Assembly: GCA_028534125.1 (NCBI GenBank)
Contig: CM052843.1
Location: 16,306,001 to 16,370,000 of the forward strand
DNA length: 64,000 bases
Direction: 5' to 3'
Origin: Lama glama
Lineage: Eukaryota
Shown in pieces: positions 1-13,564 of this stretch; within the stretch, counting starts at the first letter, position 1, and each line of letters begins with the position of its first letter. Below the pieces are notes generated by a model. That model saw nothing but the letters and a program-made list of their open reading frames with translations, was not told where the DNA came from and did not search any database. The position numbers and the translations under genes were made by a program.

Positions 1-119
1 CAAGAAAAGCATGAATATATTTTATGAATATATTTTAGAAACGTCTCTGTCAAACTGGTCTCACAATGATGTGGTCCAGCCGCTGGAGCAGACCAGGGAG
101 GGCAGATCAGGTGCATCTC

Positions 120-275
120 TTCCCAGCCCCACAGTCAGGAGTGACTTCAAGGTGGGAACTTGACATTGGCCACTGTATTTACCACATGGACATCGGGAAA
201 TGCTAAAAAAAAAAAACAAAAACCCAAAGCCTTGTTTATTTGTTATGAGAGCCTACGGTTATATATTTACCTGTG
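120..275. mobile_element. Degenerate MER63-like hAT DNA transposon fragment
   Basis: Resembles recalled MER63 text (…ttggcca…gtatttaccacatgga…atcgg…aaatgcta…gagagcc…atttacc); boundaries approximate. Confidence 0.45.
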
Positions 276-2226
276 ATCCAAGTGAATATATGGCCCCTAG
301 AGAACAGGGGCTCTGACTCAGGAAAGCAGTGAAGGGAAGTGATCACATGTGCAACGTAGCATCAAGAGGAAGCATCCAGCTCAGCTGAGAGCAGGGGATG
401 GAGGGACAGCGGCCAAAGGAAATGAGAACGGGGACAGCATGAAGCATTCAGGAACTAGACTCTAAAGGCAAAGTGTATGTGAGCGGTGAAGGATGAACCA
501 GGTCAGCTGAGCTTACATCTTCACTCTGACCAAGGAAAACTTGCTGGTTGGATGCTGTTACAAGTATTAAAAATGAGAAGGAAAATGACAATTTTGAAGT
601 TAATGTGTTGGAATCCCTTATTGGAAGACCTTACGCGGCATCGAATTACATATTCCAGTTGTGGCTTTTCCCCCTCTCTCTTTTTTTTTTTTTTAAGGCA
701 AATTAAAACCTGGTGTGAACAGTCCACCTGGATAATCCCTCAAAGGAAGGAGCTGTGACCTTTCCCGTTGAGCTCCATACAGGTGTGGAGGCCCTCCCCT
801 CTCTATCCGTTGATATGTGCACAAAAAGTCAAGTGCTTTTCAGTTTAGGTTAAACCAAATATAATTAGGATAATTGAAACCATAGGTAAGGACTGGGCAA
901 AACATTTCCTGGAAGGAAACTAAAAATAACTTTCGGGTTACTCACTGTTACGGATTATTTTAATAACTACGCTTCTCACATCAACCCAGTTGGCGTGACT
1001 AAATACACAAAGTTTCAAACTGTGGGGTTTAATTATGGGAAATGAGGATCTTATAATTGTGGGAACGCTTGAAATATTCCCTTCGGCATCATACATGTTT
1101 TGAAAAATTTCTTACACTTTACCAACAGGTTGTTGTCAAGAGAGGGGTCTTCAGACGTGTGTTCCAGCCCCGCAGACACCGAGGGAGACGTGAGACAGAC
1201 CAGGCCATAAAGAAACGAGGCAGGGAACGCTTCGCTTCCTCTTTTCCTACCAAGTCAGTAATGCGCTGGGTGAGAGCTCCACAAAAATTAGGCAGAAGGG
1301 AATAGTCTGTTAGTGTTTGTTTGAGGAGGTCCCTGGATGGCTCAACAGGGTGGTTACGTCACCTGAGTCAGTGTCTAAGCGCCCTCCCCTGCCAGAAATG
1401 ACCCCATAGCCTCACTCCTCCCACTGCGCCAAGCAGACACCGACCTTAAAAAAGGCAGTTCCAGTCCACGAAGAGCTCAGGCCAGGAGGAAGGCAACTAT
1501 TGCAGCAAAAGCCCAAAGTGCCAATTTGTTGCAGAACAGCGACTGAAGATGAAATTCCAGCCCTCCCGAGGAGCCGTAATAGATCCACGAGCGCTAACGC
1601 TGAACCCCGACCAACAGCTGGCGGGAGCACGCCTGCTGTGGCCTTTCTGACGCCCACGGAGGTGTTACTTAAATGGCAGCTCAGCATGAGGAGACAGAAG
1701 AGAGGGTTATGGGCCAAACGTTTCTCTAAGGGCCTTTCCATGTCTTTATTTGTAGTAGAGGCCACCTGCAAATTTCCTTCTCTAAAGATTCGCCTTCAAG
1801 TGTGCATTTCAGCAAGAACCAGATCTTTCATTTGGGAATGAAATGAAATGTTTCTTCTTTAGAAAATAATATTGAAAAAAATCTTGTCAAAGTATTTATG
1901 CTATAGGAAACCACTCTCACTTGAAAATTAGAATGTACAGTAGACATTAAGTAATAGTTAATGGTGTTAAAGTAGGTTAACACCTCCCACTGTCTTATTA
2001 TTATTAGTCCTGGGAAGGATGCTGCTGATGCAGCAGACCACTGAACATGGAGGACGTCTTCGACTGCAGAACTGCTGAAATCCTTAGATAATGACTGAGG
2101 TGTTTCGGGTGTAAACTTGCATTTTATTTTCTTCCTCACAATTATCACTAACCAAGAGCTATGATCTAATGTGGGGACATGGTCTTCATTAACTTCATAT
2201 GGTGTCTTTAATCTTCACCGTCAGGG

Positions 2227-2769
2227 TGAGGCAGGAAGGAAGGGGGCAGGGCACAGCCATTCGAGGAATGACACAGCAATTAACACCAAGGTGGCGGAAA
2301 ATTCAACGCCCAGTAGGCCCTGAGGCCCAAGATGGCGGGAGATCTGACTCCCAGTAGGCCTCGAGCTTCATTATACGCTCATTGTAATATATTAGCATGG
2401 TGAATGACACAGCCACAGGCACCATGACAGTCCCAAGGCTGATCATAAAAGGTCAAAAAGTGGGCAGCCCCAATTCTGAGAGTCCCCATCCCGTCTCCAA
2501 AGTAGTTAGAAAGTCCTCCCACTTGTAAGCATATGGAATAACCCAGCTCATTAAAAACCAACAGCCCCACACCTCGTGGCCTTTCTCTTGCCTTCTTAAA
2601 TGGCCTGTGCTCTGTCTATGGAGTATGTGTCCCTCTGAATAAATCCACTTTTACTCAACTGTGGCTCACTCTTGAATTCTTACCTGTGTGAAGCCAAGGA
2701 CCCACACTTGGCAGGGCCCTTCCCAGGAACCCAACTGAGACCAGCACGGGGCCATCCTCTCGTCCCACA
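2227..2769 (+). mobile_element. ERV1-class solo LTR (MER41-like)
   Basis: TG…CA termini, AATAAA at 2638-2643, then the typical U5 text 'ggctcactcttgaattctt…tgtgtgaagccaagga ccc'; internal ~41-bp tandem duplication with a YY1-like AAGATGGCGG. Confidence 0.75.
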
Positions 2770-3204
2770 AACTTAATTAACCACTTTTCAATCGTGCTCG
2801 TGCTTTTTGGACATTAAAATGTTTCTCAGAAGACCAGGAAGCTGGATCGGCCTCTTGGTTTCCAGGCATTTTTATTTTGTAAGTGTACAAATTGACTCAA
2901 TAGATTAGGACCTATCATGTGTTCTGTTTTCTGGTCCCTCTTCTAGTGGTAGGGGCTAAATAAGTCAGTTTACACAGCTACACCAATCATACAGAGATAC
3001 ACTGACAACCTCCTGAGCTTTTATCTCAGACATGCTTCCTCCCTCGCTTCTAGTGAATATGCGTATTTGTAAATTTTGTTATAAGGATAATGCATTTGCT
3101 ATAATTTTATGTTCAGTAAGTATAATTACTGTTCCGTACAGCTACCTAAAGTGATAATAATAATATAGAAGAACACATTTATGGTGCTTTCATCTATTAA
3201 ATAG

Positions 3205-4021
3205 GTTCTGGCACCAACTCCAGTCTGTGTGGAGGTGCTTTGTCCACACCAATAAACAATTCTTGGGAGCCCAGCTGTGTGTTCTAGAATTCAACTCAGT
3301 TCTGACACGACCTACCAGGAGACAGCATCAGACTCCACATGCTAAGGGTTCAGCCCAAGAGGACTGCTTTCTGCACCCCGCCAACTTCAGATGTTAGTCT
3401 CAAGTCCAGGGTGCTATCTGTCCTTCTGACCAGCTGGTTAATAAATCAGAGGTTCCCAAGACCCCTTCCTCAGGTTTGATTAATTTGCTAGGGTCACTCC
3501 CAGAACTCAGAGAAACATTTTACTTAGTAGATTGCTGGTTTACTACAAAAGGATATAACTCAGGAACAGCCGAATGGATGAGAAGCACAGGGCAAGGTGT
3601 GGGGAAAGGGAAGGGGGCTTCCACACCCTCTCCCAGCACGCCACCCTTGGGCACTTCCACATGTCCTCGACTGGAAATCTCTCTGGACCTTCCTCTCCTT
3701 TTGGTTTTTCATGGTGGCTTCATTGCATAGGCACGATTGATTAAGTCCTTGACCACTGATGATTGAACTTGATCTCCAGCCTCTCTCCTCTCTTCTCCCA
3801 GAGGCTGGGACTGAAAGTTCCAGTCCTCTAATCAACTGGTTAGTTCTCCTGACAATCAACCTCCCTCCTTAGGAGCTTTCCAAAAGTCACCTTGTTAACA
3901 TGACAGAAGAAACCTTTGTCTCTCTCGTTGCTTAGGAAATTCCAAGGGTTTTTGGAGCTGCGAGCCAGAAAGGAGGTATGAAGACCAACTATATATTTCT
4001 TACTATAGATGACAATATCAT
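3205..4021 (-). mobile_element. MER21-like LTR
   Basis: Diagnostic MER21 blocks (aattcaactcagttctgacac…, tttgattaatttgctag…cagaactcagagaaaca, gaagaccaa…atatatttctta…acaatatca). Confidence 0.8.
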
Positions 4022-4144
4022 CCCTATGTCTCAGAGTGCATATCTACTCTAAAGTAAAAGAAGAACGCATGTTTTTACAAATCTATTTCCATTTCTGAGA
4101 AAGTTGGGGGAAAAGAGCAAGCTAATATTTGCCCACCATCTACT

Positions 4145-4330
4145 TCATGGCAAGCATTACATATAGTTTTTCTTTAACTGCCAATAAAAACCTCATGAAG
4201 CAAATATTTTACCCTGTTTTTACAGAGCTTTAAGGGCTATCTACACACTCAAGAAACTCAACTAGTTGGTATTAGAATCAGTATGAGAACCAACCTCAGT
4301 CAGACTCCAGATTCCAAATTTTTTATACTA
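4145..4330 (-). mobile_element. MIR SINE (degenerate)
   Basis: Antisense MIR core: aacctcatgaag…ccctgtttttacagag…cagtcagactccaga. Confidence 0.5.
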
Positions 4331-4451
4331 CAGTATGACCTTTCCCTGAAGGTTTAGATTAATTCCTACATTGCCTAAATGTTTTACTAAAAATATATGT
4401 ACAGTTTAGAAAGTACTTTCACAGACTTCTTCATTTGTTCAAGGTTTCAAT

Positions 4452-4797
4452 CAAAATCACTTGTCAAGCCAAGAACTAGGAAGATCTCAAACTGAATGAA
4501 AATAAGACAAGCAACAGATGGCAACACCAAGAGGAGAGAGATATGAAAATTATCTAAGATGTTAAAGCAGCCATAATAAAAATTATTCAATAGGCAATTA
4601 CAAGCATATTTGCAACAAAAAATTAGGAAGCCTCAAACAACAAAAAGTGAAATTCTCAGCAAAGAAAAAGGACATATAAAGAATTAAATGTTAATTTAGG
4701 ACTCAAAATACAGTAACTGAAATAAAAAGCTCAGTGGGCTTAACAACAGAAAGGAAAGGACAGAGGAAAGAATTAGTGAACTAGATAGAACAATAAA
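4452..4797 (+). mobile_element. Old L1M fragment (5'/ORF1 region)
   Basis: A-rich L1M ORF1-like text (ctcagcaaagaaa…aaatacagtaactgaaataaaaagctcagtggg…gaggaaagaattagtgaact). Confidence 0.7.
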
Positions 4798-4886
4798 GAT
4801 GAGATGTGTGTGGTTCCAGCTTTATGAGAAGGGTCCTACACTGCCGGCTTGGGTACTTCTTTGGAATTTATTTCTTCTACCCCATT

Positions 4887-4916
4887 CTAGGGTTAGAGTA
4901 AGGGTTAGGGTCAGGT
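4887..4916 (+). repeat. Short degenerate telomere-like (TTAGGG)n tract
   Basis: ctaggg ttagag taaggg ttaggg tcaggt: five in-register hexamers, one exact. Confidence 0.55.
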
Positions 4917-4936
4917 TTACAGCAAAATGATTCAGT

Positions 4937-4968
<32 letters not shown>

Positions 4969-4975
4969 TATACAT

Positions 4976-5007
<32 letters not shown>

Positions 5008-5189
5008 TACAGACATACATTTTTTTCAATTTCTTTTCAATTACAGCTTATTATAAGAAATTGAATATAGTCCCCTGTGCTGTACAGTAGGTTCTCGCTG
5101 CTTATCCACCTCACATGTAGTAATGTGTATCTGTCAATCCCAATTTCCCAAGCTATCTCCGCCCCCCGTAACCATAGTTTGTTTTCTAT
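4911..5189 (-). mobile_element. Lineage L1 3'UTR fragment, antisense, containing a compound (TA)n(CA)n microsatellite (~4938-5010)
   Basis: Matches the other L1 3' ends in the window (e.g. 55420-55965); poly(A) end missing. Confidence 0.85.
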
Positions 5190-8100
5190 AAAACATTTTT
5201 TAAATCAGACATTTACAGTTGTTTTTAACAGCAGTGATGTTCAGGGAAAATTATTCTACCATTCTGTCAGAAATACGTCTTCCAAAATGTTTCTGATCTC
5301 AAGTAGTATATTGCCTTTACTACACGTTCTCCTTAAGGAATTTAAAAATTCTGCTAATTTTTTTTATTAGGAAACTACTGACATAGGTCATGCCTGGATT
5401 TTGAGGCAAAGTGGGAGCTTGCGCTCATTCAGTTCTCCATCAAGCAATATCACTGTTTAATGTAAACACTGGAACAAATACAAGAAGAAATCCTCTTTGA
5501 TAGCAGTGATTAAAATTTGATTTTTCATAATTAGGTTATGAATTTCTAGAAACTCATGATTCAGCCTGTGTTCAGTGGAAAAAATACTGCATGCTCATTC
5601 TCATCATGTGAACATTAGAGGGCCAAACAGCCTGTGGCATAAGATACAAAGTTTTAATAATCCAGGGCCTGGGTCAGCGTATGTTTGTATCAGACATCAA
5701 ACAGCCACACAAAGAGCAGAGCAGTGTTTTGCATCCTGTATCTGTACAGTAAATATTTGTCAAGTAACATTCTCTCCTCTTCAGAGAAAGAAGACACTTT
5801 TTTTGAGAGAGAGAGAGAGAAATTGCAGTGAAAATATTTGGTGGGTAGTTTTGCTTTAACTCATGATAGATTGAGTAAATAAAATGGGCATCTCCATGAG
5901 TTGGGTGAAATAAAGGAAATGGTTTGACAAGTGAAGAAGTAACTCCTGAATGGAGAAATAAGGAGATGAATAATGCGATGATTTATTTATGGTATGTTTC
6001 TACATTAAGGTGATAAAAATGGTCATACTAGCCTCATTACCCTTCCCTAAATTACTGAATCCTACATAACTTTTACATGGAAGGAGATTTGGAGCTTTTG
6101 TTTCTTTGTCTCCAGCACATCCAGCACCATCTGCTTTTCCTCTCCTAGCCTTCTCGCCATGGCAACACGTATTGATTCACCAGCGAGATCGCGATTGTAT
6201 GGTCAACTTTATGTAACACTCTACTGCCAATCATGAATCCAGCAATCTCCTTTTCCTAACTTTGCTTTCAGAGTCACCTTCCAGCGACTGCGTCGCTGCA
6301 TTCTAGGGCACGCCACCCAGAGCGGAGAGGTGGTATTTTTAGTAAAAGGTGCTTTTATCCCAGCAGCTGTCTCAGAGCCAGACCTTCTCCAGCAGTTCTT
6401 TTGTGAAAGTTAAGACCTGGCTGGCAACTAAAAGTGTGCACACTTGTCAACAGCATTAACTGAGATTTCAACATCTCAAACCAGACAAAAGAGAAGCAGG
6501 GGACCTGGCACCAATTTCAGAAATAGCACGTTTCTTGCTCCTTTGTTCCACACAGCGCCATTCAGGGGACGGTTTAATAAGAACTGGACGCTTCTTTAGT
6601 CATTGAATGGAGACATCCATGACACCAGAAATGTGAATGAATTGCTCATCAAGATCGGGCTTTCTTTCATCTTTACGGTTTAACTAAGAAGAGCTTGCAG
6701 GCGCTGCATTAGGACAGGTCACCAGTACAAAGAGATCATTAAACTCTCCATCAAGGGATTATCAGATTCACGTTGTGAACAGCTTGGCAAATTTATAGAC
6801 TGGTAAGTTTCCAGTGGAACTCTGGAGTCAGAATGCTATTTTTCATCTAATAACTACTAAATGAATCAGAATAAATCTTCCAATAAGTGAGAAAAGGAAG
6901 ACATATTTAGAAAGTAAAACACAGAGAACATAGAACTGATTGTGATATGTAAATGTTGCTCAAACAACGGTCAACAAGGTCCTCACCCTGTATTTCCTCA
7001 ACAATTACGTTTCTGTGGCTCTACAATATTTAGAATATGTTGAATTCAATAGTTATATGTTGGGTAAGTGATTGTATGTTGGGTAAATGAAATATGATCA
7101 AGGCATAGGGAACTTAACGGAAAGACACACGTCCTCGACTACTTGGATATTTTGCAGGTAGTAAGACGATTGAAAACATTTGCCAAGAAATATCATCAAC
7201 AAGATAGTTTTTCCATCCAAATATAGTAAAGGTACAGCAGGTCTTTCCAAGAGAGATGTTACTTAAGCCAAAGATGCAGGATCAAATAAAAGTACATGGC
7301 AAGCAATATCTCTGACATCAAAGTTTATCTACCAATATTTCAAGAGTAAGTATATTTCGCACATTTCCCATCTGACATCCGCACCTAAAAGTCTTCTTGC
7401 TGAAACTACTGGAAAAGTGATGGATTGGTTTTTACAATGATACACCTCTGGTGTCTCTGAATGCAACTCAAATTACCAACTTATTTCCAAAGGTCTCAAA
7501 ACACCTGCTCAAAGGTAATAGCCTTCTGTCCTCTCTGACCTTTGTAGGTTGAGTTAAAAGTTGATAAGTCAGAAGCAAGCCCTATTCCAGCATCAAACAT
7601 TCAAACAATGCAATACCAATTTCTCTCGGTTTTTAATATTCTTATTTTCTCTTTTATCATAATTATGAAGGCACAGATAGGCATCCTTCCCCCCAGCTCC
7701 TTTGATTTTCCTCTTTGTCATGGTTCAATTGCACTGATACTTCAAACCAAACTAGTCCATGGTTGAAACAACAACAAAACAACAGAACAAAAACTCTATG
7801 GACGTATATAACTCTCTGTTCGAATTACAGAAGTCCAAACCAAACAGATACTGAACTTGAAGTGAAACTAGGGACCTTAGAGAGTCAGACTTTGCCTTTC
7901 CTTCCTCCATCCTAGCCCATCTCCCCTTATCTACTAGGAAGGAGCAGCATTCAAGAAATGCTAAAGCTGATGATGGAGTTACATTCACACATTCCAGAAT
8001 AGCCACCAACAGAAGTTTTCTCTTCTTCAAATCATTATTCACTATGGGACTTTGCATAAACAGCCCAATATAAGAATGTTTGTCCTCTGCTCTCGAGGAC

Positions 8101-8654
8101 TTAGTATGGGGTCAACAGTCTACCCAAAACCCACAGTCAAGCTGAGGAGATGGGCAGATAAATTAGTCACACGAATACCGTGGAGCAGTGATGGGGAGGA
8201 GGAAGAGAGCAGCAGAGATGACATCGGAAACCCCTAGCAGATCATCGGTAGCTCCAAGGGGCTTCTGGGACAACAGAGTCAGGGTATGTAAATAAAATAA
8301 GGACTCTCCATTGTTTCCCTTATTTCAGTCAAAGACATATTTCATGTGTTCTTGCTGTTCGTGCTCACTCCCCTCCCCAGCTTCTATACAAAGGAGATCC
8401 TATTCTAAGAATCTGTGAGAATTTCTTACACTGTACAGCCCATCTAATTTTATAGGAACACATTAAATGCACCAAAGTCTTTTTATTTGTATAAAATGCA
8501 ATGCTCATTTTCGCTTCAGAGAACTTTAATAAATATGAGTTTTTCCTTGCGAACCCTACTCTTTTAAAATCATTTCTACTCTCCATCTCTGGATAAACAT
8601 TGCTTAAAGTAACTGTGTCTCATTGTTTGTACAGAATGTCTCAGACTGTAAGTT

Positions 8655-8960
8655 CAATCCAGCCAATGTCAGCGATGTTCTATCAATCTAGGCAATGCCA
8701 GAGATTTAAAAAAAAAAGAAGAGAGATCACTGTTTTCTTAAAAGGGCTTTAGAACCTAGTAGGAATGATAAGTCAAGTTCTTAAATGATGAAGCAGAACG
8801 CGATAAATGATAGAAAAGAGGTAAAGACCAGGTACTGCCCTAGTTCAGGGAGGAGATGGAATTATAGCTTCTTGAGTGTTCATATTTTTCAAAGGAAAAG
8901 AGGAAGCTGGTAAGAAAACGGAAGGATAAACTCCCTTTAAAGGCCATGGTATGATAGTGA
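8655..8960 (-). mobile_element. L2 fragment (degenerate)
   Basis: Antisense L2 3'-region-like text; approximate. Confidence 0.4.
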
Positions 8961-9739
8961 AGCCAAAGAGAAAGAGAAATATTTACCAACAAAAGTGACA
9001 TGACTGGAGATTCTAGCAAAAGGGAAATCGATATGGACATGCAAACTACAATCCTAAGAGCTTACAGCGACTTGTTGGTCTTCCACACTGGTTCTTACAT
9101 CACTAGCAACAGCATTTGCTCATGCTTTTAATTCACGTGCCCATTCTTTCAAGGAACGTATACTGAGTGGTCTGCTAGGCTCTCCAGGTAGCAGGTGAGC
9201 AAAAGGAAACTCTTCTTTTCTCAGGAATGTTGCACCTCTAGACACACGAGGATGCCACGAAACATACGTGCAGATGTGAGTGTATGTGTGCATTTGCACC
9301 TGTAAGTACAATCTCTCAAATATTTGAATAAATATTAATCCAAAGACATTTATCTAGAAGTACAGATCACTTAAGGGAGAAAAAAAGAGTCAGAGATAAA
9401 AAGAGAGAGGAAGAAACAAGCAGGGGGGAGACTGGGAGGGACAGACAAGAAGAGTGTCCGTCTGGATAAAAGAATCAACAGGTCAGTCTAAGAAAAAGAG
9501 ACTTTGTTTGCCGCCAGTCAGACGATTCCAACATGGACTCACATTGTCAAATTGCTAAACATAATTTTTCCTTCTCTGGTGAAAATGCAAAAAGTTAAAG
9601 TGACAACATCAGTGGCTAGCTGGTTTTACCTAATAACATCATTTTCAGATGGAAGGGTTGTAGGCAGGAAGATGAAGGGCCATACCTGTTACGGAAGATA
9701 GATTTTACACAAGATGAAAACCAAGACATGATTTTAAAT

Positions 9740-10080
9740 TAGGAAAAAAAGTAATGCAATAACACTGATGAACACAGAGGATATTCCGCTAAGTGAAATA
9801 AGCCAGAACAAATATTGTATAATTCTGCTCATATGAGATATCTACAGTAGTCAAGCTCACAGAAGAACAGAATAGAGTAGTGGTTGCTGAGGGCAATGGA
9901 GAGAGAAACGGGGAACTGATACTCAGTGGATATAGAGTGTCAGTTAAGCAAGATGAAAAAGATCTGGAGATCTGCTTTACAACATGGTGCCTACAGTTCA
10001 CAATACCGGATTTTGCACTTAAACGTTTGTTAAGAGGGTAGATCTCATGTTAAGTGTTACTACCACAATAAAAATTTAAA
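9740..10080 (+). mobile_element. L1MA/L1MB-type 3' end
   Basis: ctaagtgaaataagccag…gtagtggttgc…ttgttaagagggtagatctcatgttaagtgtt…accacaataaaa. Confidence 0.85.
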
Positions 10081-11432
10081 TTAAAATATTAGAAAAAAAT
10101 GTAACTTAGAACAAAAGAGGCCCAAAGAAAAGAGGTGTGGGGAAGAGGAGGGGGACATGCTACCCAGTTGGATTTAAAGATGAGGGAGTTTCACAGCACC
10201 TCGTTTGATACTGGGAATTCCTAACGGTCTATTATTCACTTTACTGAACGTCTGGATGAGGACAGTTAAAATGAAGAGGGCAGGAGCTCTTCCTTAAAGG
10301 CCCTGTAAGTTTTGCCCAATTTTAGGGAATACTAAAGAGTTTACAAGAAAAATGAGAACATTAACATAATCTATAAAAATTTATTCACTCTTACAGTTAA
10401 TGAAATGTTTTCAAAATCTGCTTAGTTTCTCTAAAGGGAGTGTTAGGTAGAGTGGACTTCTGCAATGAAATATGTGGCAGGAAGCATGAATGATGTCTAA
10501 TAATAGTAAAATATTACTACTGTAGTTTCTTTTTTGCATAATTTACTGAAAACTGTTATTATAAAAAAGGAATAATTTTAAAAGGAATTAAATCATCCAT
10601 AATCTATACATCTTAACTTACACTTCTCTTTTTCCCATCTTCCTGTTATTTATTACTTATGCATATTAAAAACTGTGAACACACAAAAACGCACTGTTAC
10701 AACCATTTTTTTTCCCTTAAGATAATATAAAATTTTCATGTTGTTAGAGTTCTGGCAACTATTATTTCTTGAGGTACATTTTATTCTACCAGGTTGACAT
10801 GTTATAATTTACTTTATATTTTTATTCCAATGGGGATTTTTTTCACTAACGTTCATTGAACATTCATAGGTGCCAGGTGCCCTGTGTGGCATGTGGACCC
10901 AGGGATGAATGAGTGACAGAGCTAGCCGGTCCTGGAGCAGCATGAGCAATCCTCGCACCCTGATTACCCCCCCATCCTCCTGCCCAAGAAGGGAGCCATG
11001 GTGCTAGGACGGGGCTGGAGGGAAGGTGGAACTGAGTCCTGACAGGCAAGTAACTGATTTGAAACTGTCAAACCCTTTCTTCAGCATCGCCTTTCTTTAA
11101 CAAATGTTCCCGAGTTTAGTATTTACAGTTAGGCAAAACGTGAAATATGTTTCAAACAGTAAAATACTGAGCCTATTTTCAGTTCATTTATTAAAGGTCA
11201 ACTTTAACTCTAGCAAGTTTACTCTGCAAATGCATGGGGGACAAAGGGATTATTAGAAAAAATATCAATCACCTTTTTGTCACTGCAGAAATTGAATTTC
11301 TGTTCACTTCTGTCCAGGGAAGAGCATGGGAGTGGACAGGTCTTACAAGATGAACAAACTCGAGAGATCTTAAATCAACAGAGGTTGTGCTTTTATCTTC
11401 AGCTATAATTAAGAGATTTAGAACGTAAGACT

Positions 11433-11590
11433 TCGTAGTGTCAAAGCGTGGGTGTGGACAGAGGCATCAGAAGCACCTGGGAGGTCGTCCGCAGAATCCT
11501 TGGCCCCACCAAGAACTACAGAATCTGAACCAACATTTGAGCATGATTTCCAGGGGACTGTCACGCACTTCCAAATCTGAGAAACTGCCT
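11433..11590. mobile_element. MER5-family hAT-Charlie MITE
   Basis: gcatcagaagcacctgggag…ggccccacc…cagaatctgaa…tgagaaactg. Confidence 0.6.
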
Positions 11591-13564
11591 GAGAGAACAC
11601 CTTCATCGTGACTGCACGCCACACCGTGTGCCAGTCCACGTGGCCAGGGAAGCCGTCAGCCCTGGACTCTCCCCGCAGCCTGAAGCCCAGTAACAGCTGA
11701 CCCTTCAGGCCATCTTTGCTTGCAGGTGATTGGAGAAGCGATGCCATCACCCGTTTAGACCATCACTGAGCTGGTGGCCAGGGGCCATCTTAAGGAATGG
11801 CCTCGAAATTCTGTAAGCATTTGACAGGTGATTCAAACAATAGAAATGTAATCACTAAAGTCATGGAATACAGACTTCTGTTTCTCCTCACCACCAGTCT
11901 GGTGGCCTCGGAGTTGACCTTTCTGATGAGAAATGAATACACAAGAAAAAGCCCCTGATAGTCAACTGAAGCTGCCATAAGTCAGCACCTTATTTTTACT
12001 AATTACGAATGCTATCCCTCTTCAAACAATGCTCTTTTAGTTACCTTCGCTTTTGGCAAACCCACATGGGAGAAAATTGAACCTCTGAGGGCTGGAGAGA
12101 AGGAGGTATGATCCTGCGTTAATCACCGGTCAGGAGCTCCGAGAGGAACATGGACCAGCCAAGACCTCTCTAAGGACAACAGTGAACGCATCATGTCCCA
12201 GTGCCAGACATGTCAGGCAGCTCCCATCAAGGGCAGGTCACTAGGGACACTGGCAAGTCATTCAAAGTGTATCTGGTAGTAGCAACTGCTGATGCCACCA
12301 TGGGGCCCAGCTGTGACTCATGAACAGCCTCAACCTTGTCTGACTTCAGATGAGTCCCTCAATCCATCTTGAGACCTTAGACACCAATGATGTAGGCTCA
12401 GCTGTACCAGGTCTTCACAAATCCACTCTCCCCGCTGGCATCACACACCAGATAACAGAATATTCACTGTTCATTTAAAACCATATGCTGCATTGGCACA
12501 AACCCCATCCTTCAATATTTACAGCTGCGCTGGCTCCCCTGACGCCCTCCGTCAGAATCGTGGGGATGGCGTGCTGAGGGTAATGGCAAGACTTAAACGT
12601 CCACTATTGCACTTCCTTTTGTTACCTGTTCCAACATTTTATAAGCTTATGCTTAAATAGAATAAAATTATATGAACTATTTCAACCAGAGGCAATCCAG
12701 AGACTTCTGATTTGAAATAGTGTCTGGTTCATATTCACAACACATCCTTTCCGAACTCACACAGTGATAATGATGGAGACACCAAAACTGGAAATTCAGA
12801 GATGTGCAACACAAACAAAGGGCCAGTTGCAGAATCGGGGAGAAATGATCACTGTTTTCAATGTTGTTGAACTAGTTGGTTATTAAACTATATGAATGTA
12901 TAGTTTGATAAAAATTTAAAATAATAAGTCACCAAGGGTGTTATAGTTCTTCTTGATTGAAAGCTGACACATTTACTAATGCAAAGAGGAAGCAATGTTT
13001 AGACCATTTGTTGCTTTTTGTTTTGAATGTGACTGACTGACATAAACAACACACATTACAATGTTTACTTCAGAAAGAAGTGGGAAAAAAATGCACCCAG
13101 ATTGTTTAATGTCTTCATGGGATTGATCAAAAGAAACCCTCTGAATCTTTTTCAAAGATCTGCACACAATATAGGTCTAATCTTGGTGGAAAAGTCTATG
13201 ACAATTGGCCAATTTCCTACTGCAGTAAAGCTGAAATCAGTGCTTATACTTGTTTTCTGGCAGTTTGACAACTGACTCTTCAGATGTTTCAGGCAAAGCC
13301 CTCAGTTTTCCTTCAGTTTGGGATGTTTATATTTCGCTGCTCCCATAACTTCATCTTTGATGATCCAGTTATTCTTATTGAGTCATCATGCAAGAAATTA
13401 ATGCTTCAGGATGTCACATTTGTAAAGTTATGCTGCTAAGTTTGCACCCAAGTTGAAAAGGAACTGATGATCGGTTTGAATAGTCCTGGAGCCAATGTAA
13501 GAATGACATGCACGTTTCAGGGCAGAGACACAGGAATCAGCAGGTAGAATAAGGCGCGGGACAG

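Noticed and set aside
946-998. Minus-strand AG…GTGAGT micro-exon candidate (HANWVDVRSVVIKIIRN), phase-compatible with candidates at 9543-9575 and ~12761-12787
   Set aside because: No recognisable protein. Such short AG/GT pairs are expected by chance in 64 kb, and the 12.7-kb one abuts an L1-like remnant.
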